A DNA stretch of 64,000 nucleotides, taken from NCBI GenBank assembly GCA_048940925.1, contig JBHLOC010000002.1, positions 96,001 through 160,000 on the forward strand, in the 5' to 3' direction. Under the pieces are notes generated by a model, which worked only from the letters and a program-made list of their open reading frames with translations, did no database searches and was not told the origin of the DNA. Positions within the stretch are counted from its first letter, which is position 1; every line of letters begins with the position of its first letter. A program made the translations under genes and the position numbers. Below are positions 9,918-19,842 of this stretch, piece by piece. This DNA is from Promethearchaeota archaeon. GTDB lineage: Archaea > Asgardarchaeota > Lokiarchaeia > Sigyniarchaeales > SOKP01.

Positions 9918-11816
9918 TTATAATTCTTCAATCTCCGCAAGAAAAATATCTGCTATTTTATTCCACTTCTCTTTAATATCCGATTGAGTTGATGCTGAAT
10001 TTGTCATTTCTTTTCCCTTTTTCAAGTTTTTTACAGCTAGTTCATCACTTTTGAGTTCTTTATAACAGATACCTAGCTTAATATAAGTTTGATTAATATA
10101 CCATTCGTTATTGGCTATTTCTATTACCTTTTGAAACTGCTTTATGGCATTTTGATAGTCTTGAAAATACATTAATATTTCTCCGTATGTATCGTAATAA
10201 ATTCCAGTCTCTGGATTACGCTTAATGAGATCACGAATAACATCCAATGATTCTTCCTCCTTATTTAAATATTGTAACCAATAAGCTTTATACACTAGTA
10301 GTTCATTATCCTTTGGATATTTCTGAAGTAATTCATTAATTATTTCAAATCCATCTTTAACCTCCTTTATTCTTTTAAGTACAGAAGCTTTTTTCATTTT
10401 GATATCCTTTTCACTTTCAGGAAATATTTCTAGCATTTCATCTAATAAATTTATAATTTCGTCTATTTGGTCAAAATAGATTAAAATTTTGATTTTAGAA
10501 TAATATAATTCAAGATTTTTTGGAGTTTTTTCGATGTCTTGATTAATCTCTTCAAGTTCCTTTTTATATTGCTTTTCTAAATCTTCTGAATTCTGCGTTT
10601 GAAATACTTTTAGCATACCCTGCCAGATAATTCCCTCTAATTTATCATATTCCTCTTTTAACTCTACTTTTGCTTCAATCTTATATGCTAAATAGTTAAT
10701 GTAATTTGGTAAAAATTCCCTTAAGGATTCCTTTAATCTTTCATCAAATAGTAAATCGGTAATTTCCTCTAAAATACTATTTAATGTGGTATTAATATCT
10801 ATTGATCTTGAAAATAATTTATCTAGATAGGTAAATTCACTGATGGAATCTTCAGTAATTGCACGTATTATTGTTTCTAACTTTTCATTTTCCTGGAAGT
10901 AATAAAAATTGCCGGGAGGTACCTTTAATTTAAAAAATTTTATTGGATATATGTTATTCTCTACAATTTCATCAATATAATAAGTAAGCGTATTCTCCTT
11001 AATTCCATATTTTCGGGAGAATTCTTCAGATGAAATATATTCTGGATACCGAACAGGATGATTCAATGAAAGATATAACAATATTTTATGAAAATCATCC
11101 TCATTTTTTAACAAAGACTCAACTCTATTATAATCTAGTTTTAATACGTTGTTGAGAAACCTAAATTGTGTGCGTGTATCATTTATGTTAAACTCATCAA
11201 AAAAATTTAGTGTCTTGCGAGCAACTTCTTCAATTCTCTTACTTTCCTCTTCCAAAATCGTTTGTCTATCTAAATCATAATATTGCAACATTCGTGAATA
11301 CTCAGATTTACCTACTTGAGTAATTCTGTATTCTTTCTTATCATCATCTTTTCCTACATACCCATTCCTTATCATTAATTTCATTGTCTTGGATAATGAT
11401 GACTGATTAATAGAAAGCGGTTCTGCTAGAAAATCTGCCCACTTGCAGTAGTTATTATTATACAACATCCACAAAATCCAATGGTCATAATTCCTACTCT
11501 TTAACATTATTTCAGGAGGATAACTCAACGTTCTTTTTTTCTTCTTTACTTTAGATAAATCATGGAATCTTCTCTTGCCTTCAGACGTGATTTTATAATG
11601 TCCTTTTGAAATTTTATTTATATACTTTTCATTTATTAACGTTGTAAGGTATCTTGAAAGTGTAGATGTAGATATTTCAAGTGGTTCCTGAATAAAATCA
11701 GACCATTCACATTCTTTGTTATTATATAACATCCAGAGAATGATATGCTCGAAATTTTTCTTTTCTAAACTTGGAGGGTTAAAAATTTCTTGAGGTGGGT
11801 AATTTCGACTTGACAT
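9918..11816 (-). CDS. Tandem winged-helix + C-terminal TPR protein (putative transcription regulator), paralogue A
   Basis: Two repeats of H.ILWMLYNN..C.W.DF...P..I..S.LS....L.....Y.IT..GK; TPR repeats (YYDTYGEILM...YQNAIKQFQK). Confidence 0.75.
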   Translation of the reverse strand: MSSRNYPPQEIFNPPSLEKKNFEHIILWMLYNNKECEWSDFIQEPLEISTSTLSRYLTTLINEKYINKISKGHYKITSEGKRRFHDLSKVKKKKRTLSYPPEIMLKSRNYDHWILWMLYNNNYCKWADFLAEPLSINQSSLSKTMKLMIRNGYVGKDDDKKEYRITQVGKSEYSRMLQYYDLDRQTILEEESKRIEEVARKTLNFFDEFNINDTRTQFRFLNNVLKLDYNRVESLLKNEDDFHKILLYLSLNHPVRYPEYISSEEFSRKYGIKENTLTYYIDEIVENNIYPIKFFKLKVPPGNFYYFQENEKLETIIRAITEDSISEFTYLDKLFSRSIDINTTLNSILEEITDLLFDERLKESLREFLPNYINYLAYKIEAKVELKEEYDKLEGIIWQGMLKVFQTQNSEDLEKQYKKELEEINQDIEKTPKNLELYYSKIKILIYFDQIDEIINLLDEMLEIFPESEKDIKMKKASVLKRIKEVKDGFEIINELLQKYPKDNELLVYKAYWLQYLNKEEESLDVIRDLIKRNPETGIYYDTYGEILMYFQDYQNAIKQFQKVIEIANNEWYINQTYIKLGICYKELKSDELAVKNLKKGKEMTNSASTQSDIKEKWNKIADIFLAEIEEL

Positions 11817-11894
11817 TTAATATATAATTCTATTTTATGAATACTAAGTGAAGATGTGTATTGGTTCTATTTATATTTATCTTTCAATAACCCC

Positions 11895-11915
11895 ATGATA
11901 GTTCGGAACTATCAT
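11895..11915. promoter_or_regulatory. Perfect palindrome ATGATAGTTC-G-GAACTATCAT; putative operator
   Basis: 10-bp arms just upstream of a minus-strand TATAAATA (about 11867-11874) of the wHTH-TPR gene; related copies at 12024-12040 and 18338-18349. Confidence 0.65.
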
Positions 11916-12254
11916 AGGACTACGAAAATAAAAACTGATAATGAGACAAAATAATTGCTTTCTATCAAAAATTAATTGTCAAAAAACAGATTATTTTTTC
12001 CTAGTTTCCCCCTACTTCCAAAGTAGTTCGGAACTCTCATGAAACCGCTATATTCAAAACTATAAATGTAACTGAATGTATATTTATTATTGAAAATCTT
12101 TTGACCGATCTAAATTTAGAAAAAAAGGTTTGATGCATTAGGAATTCGTCAAACTGAGAATGACTTCGATACAATGAATCCATTTCCATATGAATTCACT
12201 AGATTCAAGGAAGGGAGAGACTTTAAACATGGGTTGTTTTTTTTTAATTAACTT

Positions 12255-12339
12255 ATAGAATTGGAAGAATATCTGTAGGATAGTAGATTGTCGATCTATT
12301 ATACCACCTAAACTAATATTCTTCCATTCTATTTTTTTT
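12255..12339 (+). ncRNA. Long hairpin followed by a T-tract (structured RNA or terminator)
   Basis: ATAGAA-T-TGGAAGAATAT pairs with ATATTCTTCCA-TTCTAT; inner ATAGTAGAT/ATCTATTAT stem; followed by a T run. Confidence 0.4.
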
Positions 12340-12452
12340 CTACTAAAAATTTAATAGTATTCGTAATAATCATTTTAGCGTTTTAAGAAAGCTTTATATA
12401 ATTATACATCTAGACTTACTTTAATTACAATCCTCTTCTATTATATCCTTCT

Positions 12453-12995
12453 ATGAATGAGTCTGGAAAAGAATTACGATTTAAGATTACAGTTATAGGA
12501 GATGGAAAAGTAGGAAAGACATCTCTTATTAAAAAATTCACTCAGGGTACATTTGATACTAACTATGTCGAGACGATTGGGGCTCAATTTTCCAAGTATG
12601 ATAAAAAAATAGATGGGGATAATATAAGATTATTATTTTGGGATATTGCAGGTCAAGATTCATTTCACTTTTTACGTCCTTCTTTCTTTAGAGAGAGTTC
12701 TGCTGCTATTATTGTATATAGTCTTGAAAAAAATGAGCTTGGAAGCCGAAGTTTTGAACATATAACTAATTGGTATGAGGATGTTAATCGTTTTTGTGGA
12801 CAAATCCCTATTGTTATATTTGCTAATAAGGTTGATCTAATTGAAGAAGATAAACTAGACCACTCACAAATTCAAAAAATTGTACAAAAACACAATTTTC
12901 TAGATTATTTTATTACTTCTGCGAAATCAGGACAAGGAGTTTATAAGGCATTTAATGCAATTATTAATAAATTGTATAATGATTTAATACGCTAA
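12453..12995 (+). CDS. Rab-like small GTPase
   Basis: GDGKVGKTS, TIG, WDIAGQ, NKVD, TSAK; no C-terminal Cys prenylation motif. Confidence 0.92.
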   Translation: MNESGKELRFKITVIGDGKVGKTSLIKKFTQGTFDTNYVETIGAQFSKYDKKIDGDNIRLLFWDIAGQDSFHFLRPSFFRESSAAIIVYSLEKNELGSRSFEHITNWYEDVNRFCGQIPIVIFANKVDLIEEDKLDHSQIQKIVQKHNFLDYFITSAKSGQGVYKAFNAIINKLYNDLIR

Positions 12996-13062
12996 TAACT
13001 AAAGTTGAAATTAAAAAGAAAAAATGTTAATCGAAATAGCTCCTGAAATTGATTAATTTTAT

Positions 13063-13308
13063 TTAGTAAGGAACACTTACAACTTCCTTAACATCTGGAA
13101 CAAACTGTTTAAGAGCCCTCTCGATACCTAGCTTTACCGTCTGTGAACTATAAGGGCATCCCGCGCAATGACCCATTAAACGAACCTTAACAGTTCCATC
13201 ATCAGCTATATCGACTAGCTCCACATCTCCACCATCCATCTGGAGTTGTGGTCGAATCTTATCTATTACTTGTTTTATTTTATCTTTATCCAAACTCGAT
13301 TCACTCAT
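13063..13308 (-). CDS. NifU C-terminal (Nfu) domain Fe-S carrier
   Basis: IRPQLQMDGGDVEL...GHCAGCPYS. Confidence 0.9.
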   Translation of the reverse strand: MSESSLDKDKIKQVIDKIRPQLQMDGGDVELVDIADDGTVKVRLMGHCAGCPYSSQTVKLGIERALKQFVPDVKEVVSVPY

Positions 13309-13515
13309 TAATATTATATTCTTTAATAAAAAAAAGGCAAATTAACTTTTAAAGGATTCTTTTTATATTTTATTAATATTTATTCATAATCGTTAATTTT
13401 ACCAAAGCATTTTGATATTTTTATTATAGAATAAAGTGAATTTTCTAAAACTGTTTAAAACAGCTAAATCTCTCCATTTGAAAATGATTATTTCAGGTAA
13501 TGATAGAGTTTTCTA

Positions 13516-14115
13516 CTACAATGCTTCGTATCCTAATCGTAAGGCTTTTAAATTAGCTTCAATAGCTTTCTTAGGTACTACTTTCGGAATGATATCTATC
13601 AGCTGTTCCAAACCTAATGGGAAACCGTTAATTTTAGCTAGAGAACCTAAAAGAGCAACATTTAAGGTAAGGGGGTTACCTGCTTTTTTAGCTATATCTA
13701 AAGCATCTATAATATGAATATTTTTTGTCACCTCTCGTAATTGTTCTACTATCCTTCCAATAGTAATGTATGGTATCTCAGGATTTTTCACTCGCTCAAA
13801 AGTACTTTGAATAGGATGCCATATATAGTTGTTTAAAATAATAATTCCATTCGGTTGTAAGTATTCTATATATCTCAATGTTTCTATCGCTTCTATTCCA
13901 AGTAAAACATGCGCTTCTCCGTAAGGAATTAAGGGAGAATACACTTCCTTTCCAATACGAATATGTGTATAGATTGAGCCTGAACGCTGAGCTAATCCAT
14001 GAGTTTCTGCAGTTCTAATTTTTAAACCGAATTCAGCACAAGCTAATCCTAAGATATTTGACATTAGCATTAACCCTTGACCTCCAACACCACATGTCAT
14101 TATGTTATAAGTCAT
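13516..14115 (-). CDS. iorB: Indolepyruvate:ferredoxin oxidoreductase beta subunit
   Basis: GVGGQG, ETHGLAQRSGS; overlaps iorA. Confidence 0.9.
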   Translation of the reverse strand: MTYNIMTCGVGGQGLMLMSNILGLACAEFGLKIRTAETHGLAQRSGSIYTHIRIGKEVYSPLIPYGEAHVLLGIEAIETLRYIEYLQPNGIIILNNYIWHPIQSTFERVKNPEIPYITIGRIVEQLREVTKNIHIIDALDIAKKAGNPLTLNVALLGSLAKINGFPLGLEQLIDIIPKVVPKKAIEANLKALRLGYEAL

Positions 14116-16102
14116 GACGAATCTCCCTGAGTATTTTATATGGTTTGATTACATTATGTTCGGAAGGGTGCTCTGGATCAGTATATGGACAAATTATGGA
14201 ACATACCCCACATCCATCGCATAACTCAGCAGAAATATGCGAAGAATAACCTTTCCACATCTTTCCATCTTTATCAGAGAAATCAGTGATGCTAGATTCC
14301 ATATGTATAGCAGGACAATAAAAATCTTGCATACAGGTATGACATTTTCGACATATTGTTTGATCCACATAATAGGGTTGAATCTTTTCTCCTCTTTTTC
14401 TCTTGTTTCTATCCTTCCAAAGTGCACAAGGTCCTCGGGATATAATAATCGAAGGACCTGGTCTCTCTAATGCCTTTTTAAATGCAGGGACGCAATTTTT
14501 AGTATCAAAACAATCATTGATGACAATATTGGTAAATCCAATCCCCTTAAGAACATTTTCAATCAGAATCCTATTTTTAGGAACATCACCAGCTCCGTAT
14601 CCTGTACCGGGATTTGGTTGCTGTCCTGTCATAGCGGTTACAGAATTGTCTAAGATTATGACAACTACATCTTCATTATTATTGCAGATATTTATTATTC
14701 CAGGTAAACCAGCATGGAAGAATGTGCTATCGCCAATCACTGAGATTACTTTTTCATTAGCGGCTAATGAAACACCACTCGCTGTTCCTAATGTAGCACC
14801 CATAGCTAAAAGTAAATCATCAGCATTCATCTTCGAATAAACATCTTTATTCAATAAAAGCATCGAATAACAACCAATATCATTCATGAAAGCAATTTTA
14901 TCAGATTTTCCTGTTAATGCTCTGTTTAATGCCCAAAAAGTAGATCGATGGGGGCATCCAGGGCAAAATACGGGAATTCTGGCAGGCAATATCGATTTCA
15001 GCTTATTAGATCTTTCTAAATATGCTTGGTATTCAATATCAGTCTTAACATTATAAATGTCCTTAAATGCTTTGAAGACAATTGGAACATTATATTCGAA
15101 TGCTTCTCTAAAATGATTAGATTCTTTCCCAAAAATCTTGAGATCCGGATTTACATCCTTAGCTAATGCTTTCACATTTTGTTCAAGATATGGAGATAAT
15201 TCTTCTACAATAATTACTCCTTTTAGTTTCTCTATGAAGTTATTAATTAAATTTTTAGGTAATGGATATGTCGTTCCTAATTTCAAAATCGGTGGGTTAA
15301 TTTGGAGTTTTTTGCAAGCTTCAAGTACGTAGTTGTATGATACTCCGGAAACTATTACGCCGTAGTTTGAAGTACCATTAATTAATGAATTGAATTGTGA
15401 GGTTTCAAAATCGTTTCTGATTTTGTCCCTTTTTTCAAGAAGTTTTAATTTCAACTCTCTAGCTTTGCTTCCTACAGTTGCATATTTTTTATTACCTTTT
15501 CTAAAACTCCCTGAGGTAAATTCAGTTCTCTTTATTGGTTCCAACGGTACAATTGTAGATTGATGATTTATTCTTGTTGTAGTTCTAATTAAAACAACGG
15601 TTTGATATTTTTCTGACAAATAAAATGCTGATTTAACCATTTCTTTAGCTTCTACAGGATCAGTAGGTTCTAACATAGGAATGTACGCATTTGAAGCAAA
15701 AAATCGTCCATCTTCTTCACTCTGTGAGGAATGACAGAAGGGATCATCTGCAAAAACTAATACACATCCTTTATTTATTCCCGTATAACCTAAACTAAAG
15801 AATGTATCTGAAGCTACGTTAAGGCCTACACTTTTCATTGCTGTAAATGATCTCTGGTCTCCCATAGATGCTCCGGCTACGATTTCAAGAGCTACTTTTT
15901 CATTAGAAGCAACTTCCATTTTTATATTAAATCTATCAGCAATTTGCAAAAATGTATCTAGTATTTCTGATACTGGAGATCCTGGATAAAATGCTACGAC
16001 CTTAACATCAGACTCAAGAGCAGCTCGAACAATAGCTTCATTACAAAACAGAAAAGCATTCGACTTTTTATTTGAAATAACATCTGAAATCATCGTTATC
16101 AT
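14105..16102 (-). CDS. iorA: Indolepyruvate:ferredoxin oxidoreductase alpha subunit
   Basis: NEAIVR, YPGSP, NEKVALE, MKSVGLNVA, FCPGCPHR, GDSTFFH TPP motif, C-terminal ferredoxin. Confidence 0.93.
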   Translation of the reverse strand: MITMISDVISNKKSNAFLFCNEAIVRAALESDVKVVAFYPGSPVSEILDTFLQIADRFNIKMEVASNEKVALEIVAGASMGDQRSFTAMKSVGLNVASDTFFSLGYTGINKGCVLVFADDPFCHSSQSEEDGRFFASNAYIPMLEPTDPVEAKEMVKSAFYLSEKYQTVVLIRTTTRINHQSTIVPLEPIKRTEFTSGSFRKGNKKYATVGSKARELKLKLLEKRDKIRNDFETSQFNSLINGTSNYGVIVSGVSYNYVLEACKKLQINPPILKLGTTYPLPKNLINNFIEKLKGVIIVEELSPYLEQNVKALAKDVNPDLKIFGKESNHFREAFEYNVPIVFKAFKDIYNVKTDIEYQAYLERSNKLKSILPARIPVFCPGCPHRSTFWALNRALTGKSDKIAFMNDIGCYSMLLLNKDVYSKMNADDLLLAMGATLGTASGVSLAANEKVISVIGDSTFFHAGLPGIINICNNNEDVVVIILDNSVTAMTGQQPNPGTGYGAGDVPKNRILIENVLKGIGFTNIVINDCFDTKNCVPAFKKALERPGPSIIISRGPCALWKDRNKRKRGEKIQPYYVDQTICRKCHTCMQDFYCPAIHMESSITDFSDKDGKMWKGYSSHISAELCDGCGVCSIICPYTDPEHPSEHNVIKPYKILREIRHDL

Positions 16103-16340
16103 AACACATATTAAAAGAAAATTGGTTAAGGATTACTAACCAAATATGATAGTTTAATATTATTTGAATATAACTCTAATTCTTATTTTTTATAATTTTA
16201 ATCTTCAATACTTACATAACATCTTGTTGAAATAGTATATAAGTCAACAATAGAAATCTATGAAATAAACTATAGCGCTGGTGATTCAGCTGAATTTCAA
16301 ATTATTAATTAAAGAGCAATTAAGATAAATCTTGAAATAA

Positions 16341-18254
16341 TTAATGTGAAGGTGATTCTTGTTTTTGTTCCCTTATTTCTGCAAGGAAAAGGTCTATAAT
16401 AGGTAACCATTTATTTTTTGAATCAAGATCACTTATAATTTTATTTGTCAATTCTTTTCCTTTCTTAAGATATCTTCTTGCTAACTCAAAATCTTCAAGT
16501 ACTGTATAACAGATTCCTAACTTTATATACGTCTGGTGTATATACCACGCAGTAGGCTCAAATTCTATGGCTTTTTGGAATTCTTTTATGGCTTTTTCAT
16601 ATTCTTTAAAGGATATCAAGATCTCTCCATAGGTATCATGATAAATTCCTTTTTTTGGTTCATTTTCGGTTAGATTCTGAAGAATATCCACAGCTTCTTG
16701 TTGTTTCCCCAGATATGATAACCAATATGCTTTATAATTAAATAAATTAGTATCATTTGGGTATTTTTCGAGTAACTGTTCAATAATTTCTAAGCCAGCT
16801 TCTAGACTTTTATCTCTTTTAAGAGTGTATGCTTTTTTTATCATGATATCCATTTCTTGTTCTGGGAATTCTTCAATCATTTTCTCTAATACCATCAATG
16901 CATCATTATATTGGTTAAAATAAAGGAGAGTTCTAAGTTTTGAATTATATAATTCATAGTTCTTAGGATTTAGGTCGATTTCTTTATCAATTTCTTTAAT
17001 TTTTTCTTCATATTGAGTTTCTAATGTTTCAGAATTCAGGGAATGCATAAGCTCTGTCATGTTCTGCCAGATTATTCCTTCTAGTTTATCATAAGTTTCT
17101 TTTAAATCTCTTTTCGTCTCAATTTTATAAGCTAAATATTTTATATATCCTGGTAAAAAATCTCTTAATGATTCCTTGAAATGTTTATGGAATGTGGTTT
17201 CACAAATTTCATCAAGAATATCATCTATAGTAGAATTTAAGTCACCAGTCCTTCCAAATTTTTCCAAATATTTGTTAGTTGCAATATGTTCTTCAGTAAT
17301 AGCTCGAAGTATCTTCTCTAGTTTTTCATCTGAATGAAAATAATAATATTTATCTGGAGAAAATTCTAACTTAAAGAACTTAAGGTCATATAAATCGCTT
17401 TCTACAATCTCATTTACCCAAAAATAAACGGTTCTCTTTTTAATTGTATAATATCTTGAAAAATCCTCAAAAGATAGATAATCGGGATAAAAATCAGGAT
17501 GGTTAATTGATATAAAGAGTAAAATTTTATGGAAATCCTCTTCATTTTTTAATACTCCTTTTACTTTTGAATAATCTAATTTTAACACATTATTAAGAAA
17601 TCTAAATTTGACATGGTCATCAGTTATTTTGAATTTATCAAAAAATTGGGATGTCTTTATAGTAATTTCATCAATCCTTTTCCTTTCCTCTTCTAAAATT
17701 GTTTGTCTGTCTAAATTATATTGTTGAAGAATCTTCGAATATTCTGCCTTTCCTGATTGAGTAATTAAATATCTTTTGTTTTCGTTGATGATAAATCTCT
17801 TTTTGATTAATGAACTTAGACTTTTTGATAAGGATGATTGATTTATAGAAAATGGTTCCTCAAGAAAATCAGACCTTTTACAAAAACCATTATTGTACAC
17901 CATCCATAGAATCCAATGGGAATAATTCCTCACACTTTTTAAAATGATTTTTGGTGGATAACTCAACTTTCGTTCCTTTCTTCTTTCTTTTGATAACTCA
18001 TTGAATTTCTTTTTCCCTTCTGCAGTTATTCTGTATTGTCCTCTCGCAAACTTTTCAATAAATCCTTTAAAGATTAATCTTGTGAAATGACGCGATAACG
18101 TAGAAATGGGAATTTCAATTGGTTTTTGCTCAAAATTAGACCATTCACAACTTTCATTATTTGCCAACATCCAAAGAATTATATGGTCATAATTCTTTCT
18201 TTGTAGTTTCGAGGGGTTAAGAATCTCGTCAGAGGGATAATTTAATTTTCCCAT
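16341..18254 (-). CDS. Tandem winged-helix + TPR protein, paralogue B
   Basis: Colinear with 9918..11816 over its full length. Confidence 0.75.
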   Translation of the reverse strand: MGKLNYPSDEILNPSKLQRKNYDHIILWMLANNESCEWSNFEQKPIEIPISTLSRHFTRLIFKGFIEKFARGQYRITAEGKKKFNELSKERRKERKLSYPPKIILKSVRNYSHWILWMVYNNGFCKRSDFLEEPFSINQSSLSKSLSSLIKKRFIINENKRYLITQSGKAEYSKILQQYNLDRQTILEEERKRIDEITIKTSQFFDKFKITDDHVKFRFLNNVLKLDYSKVKGVLKNEEDFHKILLFISINHPDFYPDYLSFEDFSRYYTIKKRTVYFWVNEIVESDLYDLKFFKLEFSPDKYYYFHSDEKLEKILRAITEEHIATNKYLEKFGRTGDLNSTIDDILDEICETTFHKHFKESLRDFLPGYIKYLAYKIETKRDLKETYDKLEGIIWQNMTELMHSLNSETLETQYEEKIKEIDKEIDLNPKNYELYNSKLRTLLYFNQYNDALMVLEKMIEEFPEQEMDIMIKKAYTLKRDKSLEAGLEIIEQLLEKYPNDTNLFNYKAYWLSYLGKQQEAVDILQNLTENEPKKGIYHDTYGEILISFKEYEKAIKEFQKAIEFEPTAWYIHQTYIKLGICYTVLEDFELARRYLKKGKELTNKIISDLDSKNKWLPIIDLFLAEIREQKQESPSH

Positions 18255-18477
18255 TTTCTAAAAAAATAAAACATTATTTTCGATAGATATAAATTGGGAA
18301 CATTTCTATTTATACCTATTTTTCAAAACTTCCACATAATTTCGGAATTTTCAAGGAATTATCGAAAGTGGAACTATAAATGGATAGAAATCTACACTTT
18401 TCATTGATCATCATCTTAATGATAAAACTTGGAATTAAAAATTTAAAAAAAGATTTGAATAAAAAAAAATATTTGAG

Positions 18478-19155
18478 GTGAAAATGGTAGTGAAAAAGAA
18501 ATTAAAAATGACTATACCACTGATCGCAACAACATTTTTAATAACGATCTTCGCACTTGTTTCATCAGTTAACGCTTGTCCCTCTAATCATATCTTAGTC
18601 ATAGCAAAAGGGGATGACTTAGATATCGATGCTACTAATCTTATTATAGGGAGGATTAAATTCGGTGAAGGCGATGAGCCTCCATCGGTGAAAGCAGTTT
18701 TCCATCAAAGAATCTATGATGAATCAGGTAAAAAACTGTATGAGATGAAGGGAATGCTTGAAGATGGATTACTTCTAACGACTCATTATTACTTTTATTG
18801 TCCAGTCTTTGAAGTCTATTTTATTAACATTTCGTGGGTCATGGGTGAGGGAATGGTTAAAACTACTGATACTGATTACACAGTATTTTTTCGAAATTTA
18901 TTTCCAATAACCATGCCAAATACTGAAGGCAAATACGTATCAGCACAGATTTTAATGTTTCTAAGCCCTACAGCTGAATATTGTGATAATGATCCCGGAG
19001 CAATTAAGCCAGGATCCCCTGGCAATCCAATCAAAATTTTAGAACTAGGAGCATGGGCACTTGCTGCGGTTATATGGGAAGTTGAAACACCGATGGGTCT
19101 AATGGAATTACCGGTCGGTCCATTATCTTCTTTGACAAAATACTTGGAAATATAG
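18478..19155 (+). CDS. Secreted hypothetical protein
   Basis: Basic N-terminus plus hydrophobic signal ending VNA-C; GAGGTG at the start. Confidence 0.55.
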   Translation: MKMVVKKKLKMTIPLIATTFLITIFALVSSVNACPSNHILVIAKGDDLDIDATNLIIGRIKFGEGDEPPSVKAVFHQRIYDESGKKLYEMKGMLEDGLLLTTHYYFYCPVFEVYFINISWVMGEGMVKTTDTDYTVFFRNLFPITMPNTEGKYVSAQILMFLSPTAEYCDNDPGAIKPGSPGNPIKILELGAWALAAVIWEVETPMGLMELPVGPLSSLTKYLEI

Positions 19156-19276
19156 GTTCCATAACGTCAAATCAATTGTAACAGATAAAAAATATTTTCT
19201 AAAATCTTTTTTTTTTTTGAAAAAAACTGATCGTCAATTTGATGATAAAATTAATACCAAAAAAAAATAAATTTAG

Positions 19277-19684
19277 TTGAAAAAAAAAATAACCGAAATT
19301 AAAAAACTTACAAAAATCGTACTTTTAGTGGATGTTATTCTTTGGTTCATATTTGGGATACTCCTTACATTTCTATATGATATTACCTTGAATCCTATGG
19401 GTTGGACTAATCCCTATCTCCCAAGATTATTTGGAGGAGTTAATTTAGTATCTGCTATTTTCGCAATTTTAATGCTTCGCAAAAAGGAATGGGAAGATAT
19501 TAAATTGACATTTGAGTATTTTATAGGGTTACTTATAACATCATTAATCATTGAAGTTGCCGTATATACTACATTATACTCCACTTTTGAAGCTTCATGG
19601 AGACTACAAGGTTTATTTACTATAACTGTAGAGGCTGTACTTTTTACGCTTGGAATTGTCTCTTTTATCAAACAGAGAAGCTAA
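19277..19684 (+). CDS. Four-TM hypothetical membrane protein
   Basis: Hydrophobic helices, PRLFGG motif. Confidence 0.6.
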   Translation: MKKKITEIKKLTKIVLLVDVILWFIFGILLTFLYDITLNPMGWTNPYLPRLFGGVNLVSAIFAILMLRKKEWEDIKLTFEYFIGLLITSLIIEVAVYTTLYSTFEASWRLQGLFTITVEAVLFTLGIVSFIKQRS

Positions 19685-19842
19685 ACGCCATATATTAAAA
19701 AATTTCTAATCAATTTTTTTTTTAACCCTTATTTATAGAAATAAAAAACACTCTGTCTTTTTTCAATGGAATTAAACATTATATTTAAAATACTATTTAG
19801 CTTAGTATTTTCATAAAGTTATAATCTAATTCTCACAAATTT

